From Eubacteriales bacterium (GTDB taxonomy: Bacteria; Bacillota; Clostridia; Oscillospirales; CAG-382), in NCBI GenBank assembly GCA_045542335.1, contig JAZQKV010000116.1, positions 1,433 to 65,432 on the forward strand: a stretch of DNA of 64,000 nt, read 5' to 3'. Positions within the stretch are counted from its first letter, which is position 1, and every line of letters starts with the position of its first letter. Below, in pieces: positions 28,946-39,261 of this stretch. Both the position numbers and the translations under genes were made by a program. The notes under the pieces are model-generated. The model was not told the origin of the DNA. It worked only from the letters and a program-made list of their open reading frames with translations, and made no database searches.

Positions 28946-29809
28946 GTGAGAAACGTGGCGACGGATAATAAGCTGAAATACAGGCGGCTGAATTGTTCCA
29001 AGGAAATTGGCAATGGCATTGTTGACGTTAAGAAAAAAGCTTTGACAAAAAACTATGAGCTTCATTGGCATGATTTTTTTGAGGTTGACTATTGTTATGA
29101 AGGCAGCGGCATCAATATTGTAAACGGAAGACATTATGAGTATTCACCCGGAAGCGTTTTTTTGTTGACTCCCACGGATTTACACGAGATTAAATTGAAA
29201 AATCCGTCGGTTATACTTACGGCAATGGTGGCACCTGCGGCTATTTCTCAAAAAATGACAAATGAGATCCTTGGAACAGATGACGTTATTTGCTGTAAAC
29301 TGACAGGAAACAAGCGCGTGCAGTTTGAGGCTTTGCTTGATATGCTTTTAAGCGAAAGCAAGTGGAACGAAAAGTATAATGACCTTTGTTTAAAGAGCCT
29401 TGTGAATCTTTGCTTTGCTTCAATTCTTCGCGAATATAAAAACAAAAAAGGAAATGCCGCAGACATTCATAACGTAAAGAATGAAAAAGGATTTGAACGT
29501 GCCATTTCCTATATAATGCTGAATTTCACCAAAAATCCGTCACTCACCGAAATATCTGAAGCACTTGGCTATAACCCCTCATATTTTTCCAAGCGTTTCG
29601 GCGAGCTTTATGGAATGTCATACCGTGAATATCTTTTAAAAACCAAACTCGGTTATGCAAAAAGCCTTCTTATTTCCGGTGATCTTGATGTATCCGAAGT
29701 GGGCTATCTCAGCGGTTTCTCCTCCACCCAGACATTTGTGGCGGATTTCAGGAAAGGTTTTGGCTTTACTCCAACACAGTTCCGGAAAATGAATTGTTCG
29801 CAGTGTTGA
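28946..29809 (+). CDS. AraC family transcriptional regulator
   Basis: Cupin (HWHDFFEVDY) plus AraC HTH (NPSYFSKRFGELYGMSYREY..., GFSSTQTFVADFRKGFGFTPTQFR). There is no in-frame ATG, so the start is GTG 28946 or GTG 28955. Confidence 0.85.
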   Translation: MRNVATDNKLKYRRLNCSKEIGNGIVDVKKKALTKNYELHWHDFFEVDYCYEGSGINIVNGRHYEYSPGSVFLLTPTDLHEIKLKNPSVILTAMVAPAAISQKMTNEILGTDDVICCKLTGNKRVQFEALLDMLLSESKWNEKYNDLCLKSLVNLCFASILREYKNKKGNAADIHNVKNEKGFERAISYIMLNFTKNPSLTEISEALGYNPSYFSKRFGELYGMSYREYLLKTKLGYAKSLLISGDLDVSEVGYLSGFSSTQTFVADFRKGFGFTPTQFRKMNCSQC

Positions 29810-29882
29810 AGTAAGACCGAAAACTATTTGCTTTAACGTTTTTATTGTAGAAATAGGATTTAAAATATAAAAATCTGAAAGG

Positions 29883-32800
29883 ATGGTTTTGATGAAAAAC
29901 AAAATGAGAAGAATGGTTTGTGTTGCCCTTGCCGTAGTCATGGCGGCGACGGTTTTCAGCTTCACATCGGCAAATCTGACCGTCGATGCGGCTGATTACA
30001 GCTATTCGGGCAATGTTGCATATGTTTCCGACAACGGAAGCGATGCGGCAGACGGAAAAACTCCCTCCACACCAAAGCTTACCTACGGTGCGGCAAAGGC
30101 CGTCGCAGGTGACGGCGGTACTGTTGTTATAACAGATAAGCTCACCCTGAATTCATCCACAAAACCGGGAAAAGTCACCATTGCCGGACTCAACGACAAG
30201 TCCGTACTTGCAATGAGCCAGTGGTGTATTTCTCTTTCAGGAGATACAACCTTTAAGAATATTAAACTCATGCCTTTAAAGGATTATTCTTTCATTCTTG
30301 CACAGGGCTTCAAGCTTGTTATTGACGAAAACGTCGTCGTGGAAAAAGGCGAGGGCGTAAAGACCAATCTCGGTATCAGAGGCGGCGGAGACCAGAACAA
30401 CGTAAAGAGCACCCACGTCGTTATCAGGAGTGGTAATTTTGGAGGCGTATACGCAGGTACAAGAGCCGGAAATGTAGAGGCAAGCTGCTACGTTGAGGTT
30501 CATGACGATGTTACCATTGATTCTCTCGGTACGGGAAATGACGGCGGAAGTGATATCAACTTCGGGAAATACATAGGAGGCTGTTCTGTGGTCAAGCTTG
30601 TGGGAAATCCTTCAATTACAAATCTTAACTTCAGCGATATCGTAAGAGGACCCGTGTGCATCGATGTCTCTGAATTCAAGGGAAAGGTTTCCGACCGTTG
30701 GACTGCCGCAAGCAAGGGCAAGGTCGTAAAGAATCCGTCCGAGCTTCCCGATATGAATGAGGTTTACCCCGACCCTGATGCCCCTGTAGAGCCTCAGACT
30801 CCAACAATCCCTGAGGACGGAAACCCCGTGAATCTCACAGGCGAAAAAAAGGTGATTTACCTTTCCGACTACGGTGATGACGGCAAGGACGGTCTCACAA
30901 TAGCAAATGCCGTTCAGAGCCTTGATGTTGCCTTAAAGCTCGCAGGAGGCACCGGCACAATTGCCATCGTTGATAAGTATACTCATGCAAGGAACGTGAA
31001 AATCGGAAACGTGAAAATCATGGGCATAATGGATACCTCTGAGTTTGTAATACAGTATTGGGCAATTATGCTTTCGGGAAATACAACCTTTGAAAATATC
31101 ACAATCACAAATGCCAGAAGCCATTCCTTCTTCCTTGCGCAGGGTAAAGAGCTTGTATTCGGAGAAGGCATAACAACCAAGAGAGCCCCCGGTACATCTA
31201 CCGATATTTGTATCCGTGGCGGCGGCGAAAGCGGAGACATCAACAGCGGTACACATATCGTCATGAAGAGTGGTACATTCTCGTCTGTCCATGCCGCAAC
31301 AAAGCAGGGCTCTGTAAAGGGCAACCTCTATGTTGAGGTGCATGAGGGTGCAACAATAAGCAGCCTCAACATCGGAAACGATGGTGGCACGAGTGAGCAT
31401 AAGACCGGCGGTACGGCATATATCAAGCTTGTCGGTGCTCCTTCAATCAAGGCACTTAGTGCTTCCGAAATAGGTGCTCCTGCCGGCGGATACCTCTTTG
31501 ACCTTACCGGATTTACCGGTGAGCTTCCCGAATCATGGGCGGTTCTTAAAAAGGAAAACGTAACTCTCTGTACCCTTGCTGATTCCCTCCCTGAAGAATA
31601 CAAAGAGTTTCTCGAAGTAAACACAGGTATTTATGACCTGTCCGGTGAGAAAAACCTTGTATATATCTCCGATTCCGGCGATGATAACAACGACGGTAAA
31701 ACACCACAAACGCCCTTTAAAACCATCAAAAAAGCATATGAAGTGCTTGGCGAGCAGGGCGGTACAATAGCCGTGACCGGTATGTTCACTCACACTACAA
31801 GCGACAGCCCCAAAGGACCTGTCAAGCTCACCTCCACCTGCAAGGAGGACGTGTTTGTGTGGAACGTATGGGCGCTGTTTGCAAAAGGCATAGAAATTGA
31901 TAACCTTTCAATCGTCATGGATAAAAACCATGCCTTCATGCTCCATGGCGGAAAGCCTGTAAAGATAGGCAAAAATGTAACCGTAACACTCGGAAAAGCA
32001 ACGGTTTACCCCAGCATGAGAGCGGGCGAAGGCGGCAATATCAACAGCAGTACAGATATCTCAATCGCAGGCGGCACATGGAATTCTATCTACACGGGAA
32101 CAAAAAAAGGTAACGTAATCGGCAACGCAAATGTCGTTGTTTCTGGAGGAACTGTTTCCCTTATTACCATCGGTAACGACAGCACCGAGGGAAAACTTCT
32201 CGGAAACGTCACCGTCGTTCTCAAGGGGACGGCAGAAGTTGGCAGAATCAACACCAAGGATCAGACCGACGGCATTGTCGTTCTCGATGTCAGTGAGTTC
32301 CCTGTACAGAACTACAGCCTTTCGGGAGATGCACCCATAAATGTCGTAAAGGATAAAACAAGTAAGGACTTTGTTTATACATCAAGTTCAGCCGTATTCA
32401 TCAACGGCTATACCGACGGCACCTTCAAGCCAAATAAGACCATGACAAGAGCCGAGGCGATTACCGTCGTTTCAAAAATCAGCGGTATAAATGAGGCTTA
32501 CGTCCCCACAGATGCAAGTGCATTTTCGGATGTGAAAAACACTGACTGGTATTATAAAAATGTAAAGTGGCTTGAAGAAAAGAACATGATAGGCTTCTTC
32601 GGAAACGAGCTTCATGCAAATCAGGGTATAACAAGAGGCGAGTTTGTAAAGCTTATTTCCAATACCTATAAAGCGGTTGAGGGAACAGCCTCTTTCTGCG
32701 ATGTTCCGGCGGGTCACGCATACGCTTCCGAAATTACAAAGGCGGCAAACGCAGGACTTGTTACCGGTTATACCGACGGCACCTTCAAGCCCGATAAAAC

Positions 32801-34400
32801 CCTCACAAGAGCAGAAATTGTAACAATACTTAACAGACTCATAAAGAGAAATCCCGTGGATGTGAATATTGCAAAGCTTTCCGTGTTCAGCGATATTGAT
32901 ACCCATTGGGCAAAGAATAGTATCGTGGCTGCGGCAACAGAAAAACAAAAGGATGACATGGTTATGTGGTACACAGGCGAAAAGATAAATGAGCTTACAG
33001 CCGAGCAGCTTGCATCTCTCGACACAAAGCTCACAACAAGCATTACAACAGGCATCGATGCAAATAACGCAGATGCCGTGAGAAGTGCCATCGAGGCAAA
33101 GACCGAAAAGAGAATTGCAGAAATCAAAGCAACTAAAACAGCCGTAAAGGTAACCGGTACAAGCTATTATGTAAGTGCCGACGGTGACGACTCAAACGAC
33201 GGTAAGACGCCCGAAACAGCGTGGAAAACAACCGCAAAGGTTTCTTCTGCACCGCTTTCCGATGGCGACGGCGTGTTCTTCAGACGCGGTGACACATTCA
33301 GAGGCAAAGTGACCACCCAGAAGGGCGTAACCTATTCCGCATACGGCGAGGGCGATAAGCCTAAGATTTACGGATCACTCAAAAACTACTCCAATATCGG
33401 CTTCTGGCAGAAGACCGAGCAGGAAAACGTGTGGGTTTCCGCACTTACATTTGATAGTGACGTGGGACTTATAGTGTTCGATGAGGGCAAACAGTGGTCT
33501 ATAAAGATGATTGATAAGCTCGGTGGCTATACCACACGCAACCTCAAGTCAGACCTTGAGTTTGAGCATGACGTAACCGATAAGAAGCTCTATCTCTACT
33601 CTGTGTCCGACCCCAACACAAGATGGACCTCCACGGAAATCGCTCCCGGCTCTAACCTCTTTAGCGGCGTGGGCACAAACGTAACCATCGACAACCTCTG
33701 CCTCAAGTATACCGGTGCGCATTGTATCGGCTACGGCGACGGCACAGAGGGACTCACCGTTCAGAACTGCGAAATGGGCTGGATAGGCGGTAAGATTCAG
33801 TATTGGGACGCAACAAGAGTTGCAGTAAGATTCGGAAATGCAGTTGAGTGCTATGTAAGCTGTAAGGATTATACAATCGAAAACTGCTACATCTATCAGG
33901 TATATGATGCAGGCATCACACATCAGTATTTCCAGACAAGAGACAGTTACGTTGAAATGAAGAATATCCGTTATATTGACAACGTAATCACTCATTGCAC
34001 ATACGCAATTGAGTATTGCAACGCACAGCCTGCAGACAAGGGCATCATGGAAGATATCATTGTAAGCGGAAACATCCTCACACATTCCGGCGACGGCTGG
34101 GGCAACCAAAGACCCGACAGAGGTGACTCTGTAATCAAGGGCTGGAGCCTTGTAAACAACGGTAAGGAATTCTACTTCTATGATAACGTTGTCATGGCAG
34201 AGGACGATAAGACCATGCTCATGCATATGGGTGTTAAGGAATATTCCTACCTGCCCGTAGTCACAAGAAACCTCTTCTTTGGAAAAGAGGGCAATAAGTT
34301 CGGTTACTACAGCATAAATACTCCCAAGCTCATCACATACAACCAGAGCGTGAAAGAGCATCTTGGCCTTGACGGAAACACTTTTGTAATTGCAAAATAA
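29883..34400 (+). CDS. large cell-surface protein with a signal peptide, three paralogous beta-helix modules, three SLH domains and a C-terminal right-handed beta-helix module
   Basis: Signal peptide MVCVALAVVMAATVFS. The motif Y(V/L/I)SDxGxDxxDGKTP recurs four times, at about 30009, 30847, 31646 and 33160. SLH motifs include INGYTDGTFKPNKTMTRAEA and VTGYTDGTFKPDKTLTRAEI, spanning about 32385-32860. Confidence 0.8.
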   Translation: MVLMKNKMRRMVCVALAVVMAATVFSFTSANLTVDAADYSYSGNVAYVSDNGSDAADGKTPSTPKLTYGAAKAVAGDGGTVVITDKLTLNSSTKPGKVTIAGLNDKSVLAMSQWCISLSGDTTFKNIKLMPLKDYSFILAQGFKLVIDENVVVEKGEGVKTNLGIRGGGDQNNVKSTHVVIRSGNFGGVYAGTRAGNVEASCYVEVHDDVTIDSLGTGNDGGSDINFGKYIGGCSVVKLVGNPSITNLNFSDIVRGPVCIDVSEFKGKVSDRWTAASKGKVVKNPSELPDMNEVYPDPDAPVEPQTPTIPEDGNPVNLTGEKKVIYLSDYGDDGKDGLTIANAVQSLDVALKLAGGTGTIAIVDKYTHARNVKIGNVKIMGIMDTSEFVIQYWAIMLSGNTTFENITITNARSHSFFLAQGKELVFGEGITTKRAPGTSTDICIRGGGESGDINSGTHIVMKSGTFSSVHAATKQGSVKGNLYVEVHEGATISSLNIGNDGGTSEHKTGGTAYIKLVGAPSIKALSASEIGAPAGGYLFDLTGFTGELPESWAVLKKENVTLCTLADSLPEEYKEFLEVNTGIYDLSGEKNLVYISDSGDDNNDGKTPQTPFKTIKKAYEVLGEQGGTIAVTGMFTHTTSDSPKGPVKLTSTCKEDVFVWNVWALFAKGIEIDNLSIVMDKNHAFMLHGGKPVKIGKNVTVTLGKATVYPSMRAGEGGNINSSTDISIAGGTWNSIYTGTKKGNVIGNANVVVSGGTVSLITIGNDSTEGKLLGNVTVVLKGTAEVGRINTKDQTDGIVVLDVSEFPVQNYSLSGDAPINVVKDKTSKDFVYTSSSAVFINGYTDGTFKPNKTMTRAEAITVVSKISGINEAYVPTDASAFSDVKNTDWYYKNVKWLEEKNMIGFFGNELHANQGITRGEFVKLISNTYKAVEGTASFCDVPAGHAYASEITKAANAGLVTGYTDGTFKPDKTLTRAEIVTILNRLIKRNPVDVNIAKLSVFSDIDTHWAKNSIVAAATEKQKDDMVMWYTGEKINELTAEQLASLDTKLTTSITTGIDANNADAVRSAIEAKTEKRIAEIKATKTAVKVTGTSYYVSADGDDSNDGKTPETAWKTTAKVSSAPLSDGDGVFFRRGDTFRGKVTTQKGVTYSAYGEGDKPKIYGSLKNYSNIGFWQKTEQENVWVSALTFDSDVGLIVFDEGKQWSIKMIDKLGGYTTRNLKSDLEFEHDVTDKKLYLYSVSDPNTRWTSTEIAPGSNLFSGVGTNVTIDNLCLKYTGAHCIGYGDGTEGLTVQNCEMGWIGGKIQYWDATRVAVRFGNAVECYVSCKDYTIENCYIYQVYDAGITHQYFQTRDSYVEMKNIRYIDNVITHCTYAIEYCNAQPADKGIMEDIIVSGNILTHSGDGWGNQRPDRGDSVIKGWSLVNNGKEFYFYDNVVMAEDDKTMLMHMGVKEYSYLPVVTRNLFFGKEGNKFGYYSINTPKLITYNQSVKEHLGLDGNTFVIAK

Positions 34401-34408
34401 GACAGAAT

Positions 34409-34450
34409 AAGCCGTGGCTCATGCTTTTTAGCATGAGCCACGGCTTTACA
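34409..34450. terminator. bidirectional rho-independent terminator
   Basis: 16-bp stem AAGCCGTGGCTCATGC / GCATGAGCCACGGCTT. Confidence 0.75.
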
Positions 34451-34469
34451 AATTAAGTAAAAAAGCATA

Positions 34470-35459
34470 TCAGATGTTTAATGCACCCACAGCGACAGCG
34501 GCGAAATCTCCAATGCTTTCGCCGAGCATTGCAGGAACAACCTTGCAAACCTTTCGTGCAAGAGGAAGTGCTTCTTTTTCGATAACACTTTCCATTGCGC
34601 TTCGCATAAGTCCCTCACTTCTCGCAAAAACGCTTCCGATGATGATGACTTCGGGGTTCAGAATGTCAATAATTACAGAAAGTCCTCTTCCAAGATATTC
34701 GCCTGAAATGCGGTAAATTTCTTTTGCATCTTCAAATCCCTCGTTTGCCTTTTGAGCAATTGATTTCGCACTTATAGAATCAAGGTTTCCATCAGGACAG
34801 AATGAAACACGTTTTCCGCATTGCATTGCCTCTTTTGCACGCATTTTTCCAAGCTCGGCAATTCCGTTGCCGCTGCAGAAGCCCTCGAATGAGCCGCTTT
34901 TGCCATAACCAACCGGACCATAATCGCAAAGCCTTATGTGCCCTGCTTCACCGGCGTTGTCGTTTGTGCCGGAGTACAGCTTCCCATCGAGTATCAGACC
35001 TGCACCAAGTCCTGTGCCAAATGTGAAGAACACAATGTTCTTTAAGCCTTTTCCTGCACCGAATTTCCATTCTGCAAGCGCACAGGCGTTGGCATCATTC
35101 TGAACTGCGCATTTAATTCCATGTCGCTTTTCAAAATGCTCAACAACGTGAATTTCATCCCACCCCGGAAGACCGGGCGGAGAAAGTATGATACCTTTCC
35201 GGCTGTCAAGCGGACCGCCGCAGCTTATGCCGATGCTGTCTATTTCAAGACCGTCGGCAATTCTTTTTTCAATTTCTGCCGAAAAACGCTCAAGAACTCC
35301 AAAAGGGTCGTTTTTGGGGGTATCAAATTTTATTTTGTCGATAATTTTTATATCGGAAATGTTGTTTTCGCTCTTTTCGGAAAGTGTTATTTTCCCGATT
35401 GAAAGGGCGCATTTCGTACCTCCAATGTCAACGCCGGCAATTGTGTATTCCTTGCTCAT
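34470..35459 (-). CDS. ROK family sugar kinase (glucokinase / N-acetylhexosamine kinase-like)
   Basis: N-terminal DIGGTK ATP motif, ROK signature region (GAGLILDGKLYSG..GEAGH), and a Cys-containing zinc motif. Confidence 0.85.
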   Translation of the reverse strand: MSKEYTIAGVDIGGTKCALSIGKITLSEKSENNISDIKIIDKIKFDTPKNDPFGVLERFSAEIEKRIADGLEIDSIGISCGGPLDSRKGIILSPPGLPGWDEIHVVEHFEKRHGIKCAVQNDANACALAEWKFGAGKGLKNIVFFTFGTGLGAGLILDGKLYSGTNDNAGEAGHIRLCDYGPVGYGKSGSFEGFCSGNGIAELGKMRAKEAMQCGKRVSFCPDGNLDSISAKSIAQKANEGFEDAKEIYRISGEYLGRGLSVIIDILNPEVIIIGSVFARSEGLMRSAMESVIEKEALPLARKVCKVVPAMLGESIGDFAAVAVGALNI

Positions 35460-35636
35460 TATTCTCCTCTTTTCATCGAGATTTAATTAACACTTTAAAT
35501 TATACTATACATCGGCACAAAGGTCAATGCTTTTTTGTTAATTTTGAAAAAATGCGTTTTTCCCTTTTGTATTCCATATTGTGACACATTTCTTGCACAT
35601 GGCGTGATATAATCACACGGAATAAACATAGAGAGG

Positions 35637-38069
35637 ATGTTATCCGTGAATTCGCAAAAAACAGGAAGTGGCGGCAGCTTGCCGAAAAATATTGTAATGT
35701 GGGTGTCGGACTTTGTAAAAACCGCAGTGCGGTCAGTTGCAGTCTCGTTTTCAACACCGGCAAGAGTGGACAACCGTGTGTTTCCCCGAAAAAAACTGGT
35801 TGATGGGAATGTTGGCAGGATGATTGAAAGTGTTGTACAGGTGGTGGTGTGTGCGGCGCTTGGCTTTGTGCTGTCCCTTGGAAAGGTCGGCGACAGCGTT
35901 TATCCGTTTGGTACGGCATTTCTCGTTTCGGGGGCAGCTTGCGTGACCGGCACTTTTTCAACAGCCGGCAATTACAAGATGATGGAAAAAATAAACTGCT
36001 CAGCAATTTTTGCAGGTGCTTGTGCGGCGTGTTTTACATATGAATCCTTTGTGCTTTCATATATCGGGCTTAATCTTGTGGCTTTTGTTGTGAAAATGTG
36101 GTTTCTTTCTTCGGGAGCGCATGACGGAGTCAGGGCAAAGCTTTTAACTGCTTCCGCCTGTTGCGCTCTTATGGCTGTGCCGAGAATGGTGCTTGAGCCA
36201 TCGGCATATTCAGTGCTTTCAACTATTTTGCATTTTGTGCTCTCTCTGCTTACGGTGTGGGTGCTGTCAAAATCCATGGAAAAAGGTGTTGTCGAGGATT
36301 CGGTTGCGATAAAATACCTGAAAATAGCAGTTTTGGTTTATTGCCTGAGGGGGATTTCCTATTTCGGGACATCGGTTTGCTATGTTGCGGCAAGCGTGGG
36401 AGTTATGTGCTTTGCAAAGCTCCATGGAAGCGTGTTCGGATGTGTTTCGGGAGTGATTTTTGGGGCGGCGTGTTTCGGAGAACCTTTTTTGCCGACGGTT
36501 CTTGCACTTTGCGGATTGTGTGACGGAGTTTTTTCTGCAAAGGTCGGGAGGTTTGAAATAGGTGAAAACGTGTTTTTTGTACCGACGGTTCACACATTTT
36601 GCTCTGTCATTTGTGCAATGTTTTTTTGCACAGAGGGCTTTGAACAGCGTATTATTACGGACAGCATTGTTGCGGTGTTTGTTTATATGTCGTTTATGCA
36701 CAGACTGGAAGCGGAGGATGCAACTGTTTTTGCAACCCATGATGCCTTGACAACAGACGTTTACGGCAATGATCTCGAAGGACTGTCAGACGCTTTCGCC
36801 TGGCTTTCAAAGGTGTTTTTTCAAATGTCGGACAAGCTTAAAAATCCTCCGCCGTATGAGGTTAAGATTGCGGTTGAAAAGGCTTGCAGAGGATATTGCT
36901 CACGGTGCACAAGGTCGGAGGAGTGCAAGGTTAAGGCCGCAGTTTACGGCTCGGAATTTGTTATAAAAAAACTTGCATCAGCATCGGGAAAACTGACAGT
37001 GGCAGAGTTGCCTCATGGTGTTTCTGAAAGATGCACCAATGCCGAAAAGCTTGTCAGCGAAATAAACCTTGCTTATAAAAATGTGTTTTCCGACTATTTC
37101 AAAAATAACAAAACCGAGATTCTTGCGGCACAATATAGCTCAATGGCACGCCTTATCCGGCACACATCAAAGAGCTGCGCAGAAAGAAGCACGCAATGTA
37201 TGCCCGTTGCGGTGACCGCCCTTGATGCTCTTGACAAAATGGGAATACGGCCTGAAAAAGTGACGGCGACTTCCGGCAGAGGGACGGTGATAGATGCAAT
37301 CGGAGTCAGAATTGAAACGGTTTCAAAGAGTGCCTCAGAGCTGTCTGCACAGGTCAGTAAGGCAACGGGGATTCTGATGTCCACGCCTGAATTTATCATG
37401 GACGGGGCGGCGGCAAGAATGCGTTTCCGTCAGAAACGAAAAATATGCGTTGAATATGCAAAGGCCTGTCACGCAAAAAGCGGTCAGGGAGTGAGTGGCG
37501 ACAGCGTTAGCTTTTTTGAAAGTGACAAGGATTATTTTTACGCTCTTATTTCCGACGGAATGGGAAGTGGCAGAGAGGCGGCGCTGACTTCACGGCTTAC
37601 AGCTGTTTTTATCGAAAAACTGTTGTCCACAGGGGCGCACAAGGGTGCAACGTTGGAGCTTCTCAACAATCTTCTCTTGTCCAAGAACAACGAGTGTTTT
37701 GCAACGGTTGATCTGCTTGAAATCGACCTTCTTGAAGCCAGAGCCTCTTTTATAAAAGCAGGCGCAGCACCGGCTTTCGTTGTTCGCTCGGCAAAGCTCT
37801 ATAAGATTTCCTCCGAAACGCCTCCCGCCGGAATTATCAACGCCTTTTCTGCCGAGAACACCTCTTTTTCTCTTTGCTCCGGTGACGTCATTCTGCTTTT
37901 GTCCGACGGAATCATAGAGGGCTTTGACAGCACTCCGTGGCTTGCCGAGATTCTTGGATTTCACCGTGGAGGCGATATTGCAGAGCTTGCCTCGAAAATT
38001 CTTGCAAGGGCAAAGGAACTTGCACTTCACGATGATGATATGTCTGTTGTGGCGGTCAGAGTCAGGTGA
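35637..38069 (+). CDS. spoIIE: SpoIIE, stage II sporulation protein E (polytopic membrane domain + PP2C phosphatase)
   Basis: About 10 N-terminal TM segments. C-terminal PP2C motifs are GVSGDSVSFFES..YALISDGMGSGREAA and LLLSDGI. GTG 35646 has better RBS spacing (GAGAGGA, 8 nt) than ATG 35637. An extended -10, TGaTATAAT, lies at 35605-35613. Confidence 0.9.
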   Translation: MLSVNSQKTGSGGSLPKNIVMWVSDFVKTAVRSVAVSFSTPARVDNRVFPRKKLVDGNVGRMIESVVQVVVCAALGFVLSLGKVGDSVYPFGTAFLVSGAACVTGTFSTAGNYKMMEKINCSAIFAGACAACFTYESFVLSYIGLNLVAFVVKMWFLSSGAHDGVRAKLLTASACCALMAVPRMVLEPSAYSVLSTILHFVLSLLTVWVLSKSMEKGVVEDSVAIKYLKIAVLVYCLRGISYFGTSVCYVAASVGVMCFAKLHGSVFGCVSGVIFGAACFGEPFLPTVLALCGLCDGVFSAKVGRFEIGENVFFVPTVHTFCSVICAMFFCTEGFEQRIITDSIVAVFVYMSFMHRLEAEDATVFATHDALTTDVYGNDLEGLSDAFAWLSKVFFQMSDKLKNPPPYEVKIAVEKACRGYCSRCTRSEECKVKAAVYGSEFVIKKLASASGKLTVAELPHGVSERCTNAEKLVSEINLAYKNVFSDYFKNNKTEILAAQYSSMARLIRHTSKSCAERSTQCMPVAVTALDALDKMGIRPEKVTATSGRGTVIDAIGVRIETVSKSASELSAQVSKATGILMSTPEFIMDGAAARMRFRQKRKICVEYAKACHAKSGQGVSGDSVSFFESDKDYFYALISDGMGSGREAALTSRLTAVFIEKLLSTGAHKGATLELLNNLLLSKNNECFATVDLLEIDLLEARASFIKAGAAPAFVVRSAKLYKISSETPPAGIINAFSAENTSFSLCSGDVILLLSDGIIEGFDSTPWLAEILGFHRGGDIAELASKILARAKELALHDDDMSVVAVRVR

Positions 38070-38197
38070 TTTCGCAGTTGATTGTGTTGTTGTAAATAGT
38101 GTTTTCTCTTATTTTTACCTTTGACAAGCGGAATTTGATTTCGAGTTGATTATAACAAAAAAGACTTGAAACTTATGCCCTTTAAAACTGTTTGGCA

Positions 38198-38226
38198 TTG
38201 ACAAAGTCTGACAGGTGTGCTATAAT
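38198..38226 (+). promoter_or_regulatory. sigma-A type promoter
   Basis: TTGACA, 17 bp, TATAAT. Confidence 0.6.
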
Positions 38227-38261
38227 GGTCACAGCAAAAGGTAAGGGTAAGGAGAAGAAAA

Positions 38262-38984
38262 ATGTTATTGTTTTATGTAAGACACGGTGACCCGATTTAT
38301 GATCCCGACAGTCTCACTCCTCTTGGGCTGGCTCAGGCAGAGGCGATGAAAAAACGCCTTGGTGTGCACGGACTTGATAAGATTTATTGTTCTTCCTCAA
38401 ACCGGGCAATTCTCACAGCCAAGCCTACAGCGGATTTGCTGAAGATTGAGCCGGAAATATTTGACTGGGCAAATGAGGGACACGCCTGGAATCAGCTTTC
38501 TGTTGTAAATGCAGAAAACAAAAGACACTGGTGTTATTTTGATCCGGAATATGTGCGATTGTTTGCAACATCCGAAATAAGATGCCTTGGAAGAAAATGG
38601 TATGAACATCCGAAATTTGAAAACACAACCTTTGGAGAGGGAATCTGCCGAGTTCAGAAACACGCAGATGAATTTCTTGCTTCCCTCGGATATGTTCACG
38701 ACCATGAGAAAAACGGATATTTTGCACAAAAGCACAACAACGAAAGGGTCGCTTTCTTTGCCCATGAGGGATTTGGATTTGCTTTTCTTTCCTGCATCAT
38801 GGACATTCCATACCCGGAGTTTTCGACAAGGTTTCACTTTAATCATTCGGGGCTCACAATTATAGAGTTTGCAGAGCCATATGAGGACGGATTTGTTGTT
38901 CCCCATATTCTTCAACACTCAAGCGATGCCCACATTTTTGCAGAGGGACTTCCGCTTAAATATCAGAACAGAATCTATTTGTAA
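38262..38984 (+). CDS. histidine phosphatase family protein (phosphoglycerate-mutase-like)
   Basis: N-terminal LFYVRHGD (RHG) motif, with a downstream FFAHEG. Confidence 0.8.
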   Translation: MLLFYVRHGDPIYDPDSLTPLGLAQAEAMKKRLGVHGLDKIYCSSSNRAILTAKPTADLLKIEPEIFDWANEGHAWNQLSVVNAENKRHWCYFDPEYVRLFATSEIRCLGRKWYEHPKFENTTFGEGICRVQKHADEFLASLGYVHDHEKNGYFAQKHNNERVAFFAHEGFGFAFLSCIMDIPYPEFSTRFHFNHSGLTIIEFAEPYEDGFVVPHILQHSSDAHIFAEGLPLKYQNRIYL

Positions 38985-39109
38985 GACGTGAGATAAAGCG
39001 GCGTTTACGGCAGTGTTTTGTGATATGTGCCGAAAAATGCCGCTTTTTTCAGCTGTTTTTGTGCCTCGTGAGAAAATCACGTTTAAATTGTTAAATTTTC
39101 AAAAAACTC

Positions 39110-39138
39110 TTGACAAAAGGGAAAAAGTGTGGTATTAT
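39110..39138 (+). promoter_or_regulatory. sigma-A type promoter for the tRNA gene
   Basis: TTGACA (39110-39115), 17 bp, TATTAT (39133-39138) preceded by TGTGG. Confidence 0.6.
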
Positions 39139-39182
39139 ATACGAGTGTTCAGGGGAGCCATTCCCGAACGCCGTAATAAGTT

Positions 39183-39259
39183 GCGTCGTTAGCTCAGCTG
39201 GATAGAGTGACTGGCTACGAACCAGTAGGTCAGGGGTTCGAGTCCCTTACGACGCGCCA
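39183..39259 (+). tRNA. tRNA-Arg (anticodon ACG), with the CCA encoded
   Basis: Hand-folded cloverleaf: acceptor GCGTCGT/ACGACGC, anticodon stem ACTGG/CCAGT with loop CTACGAA, T-arm AGGGG-TTCGAGT-CCCTT, discriminator G, then CCA. Confidence 0.9.
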
Positions 39260-39261
39260 GA

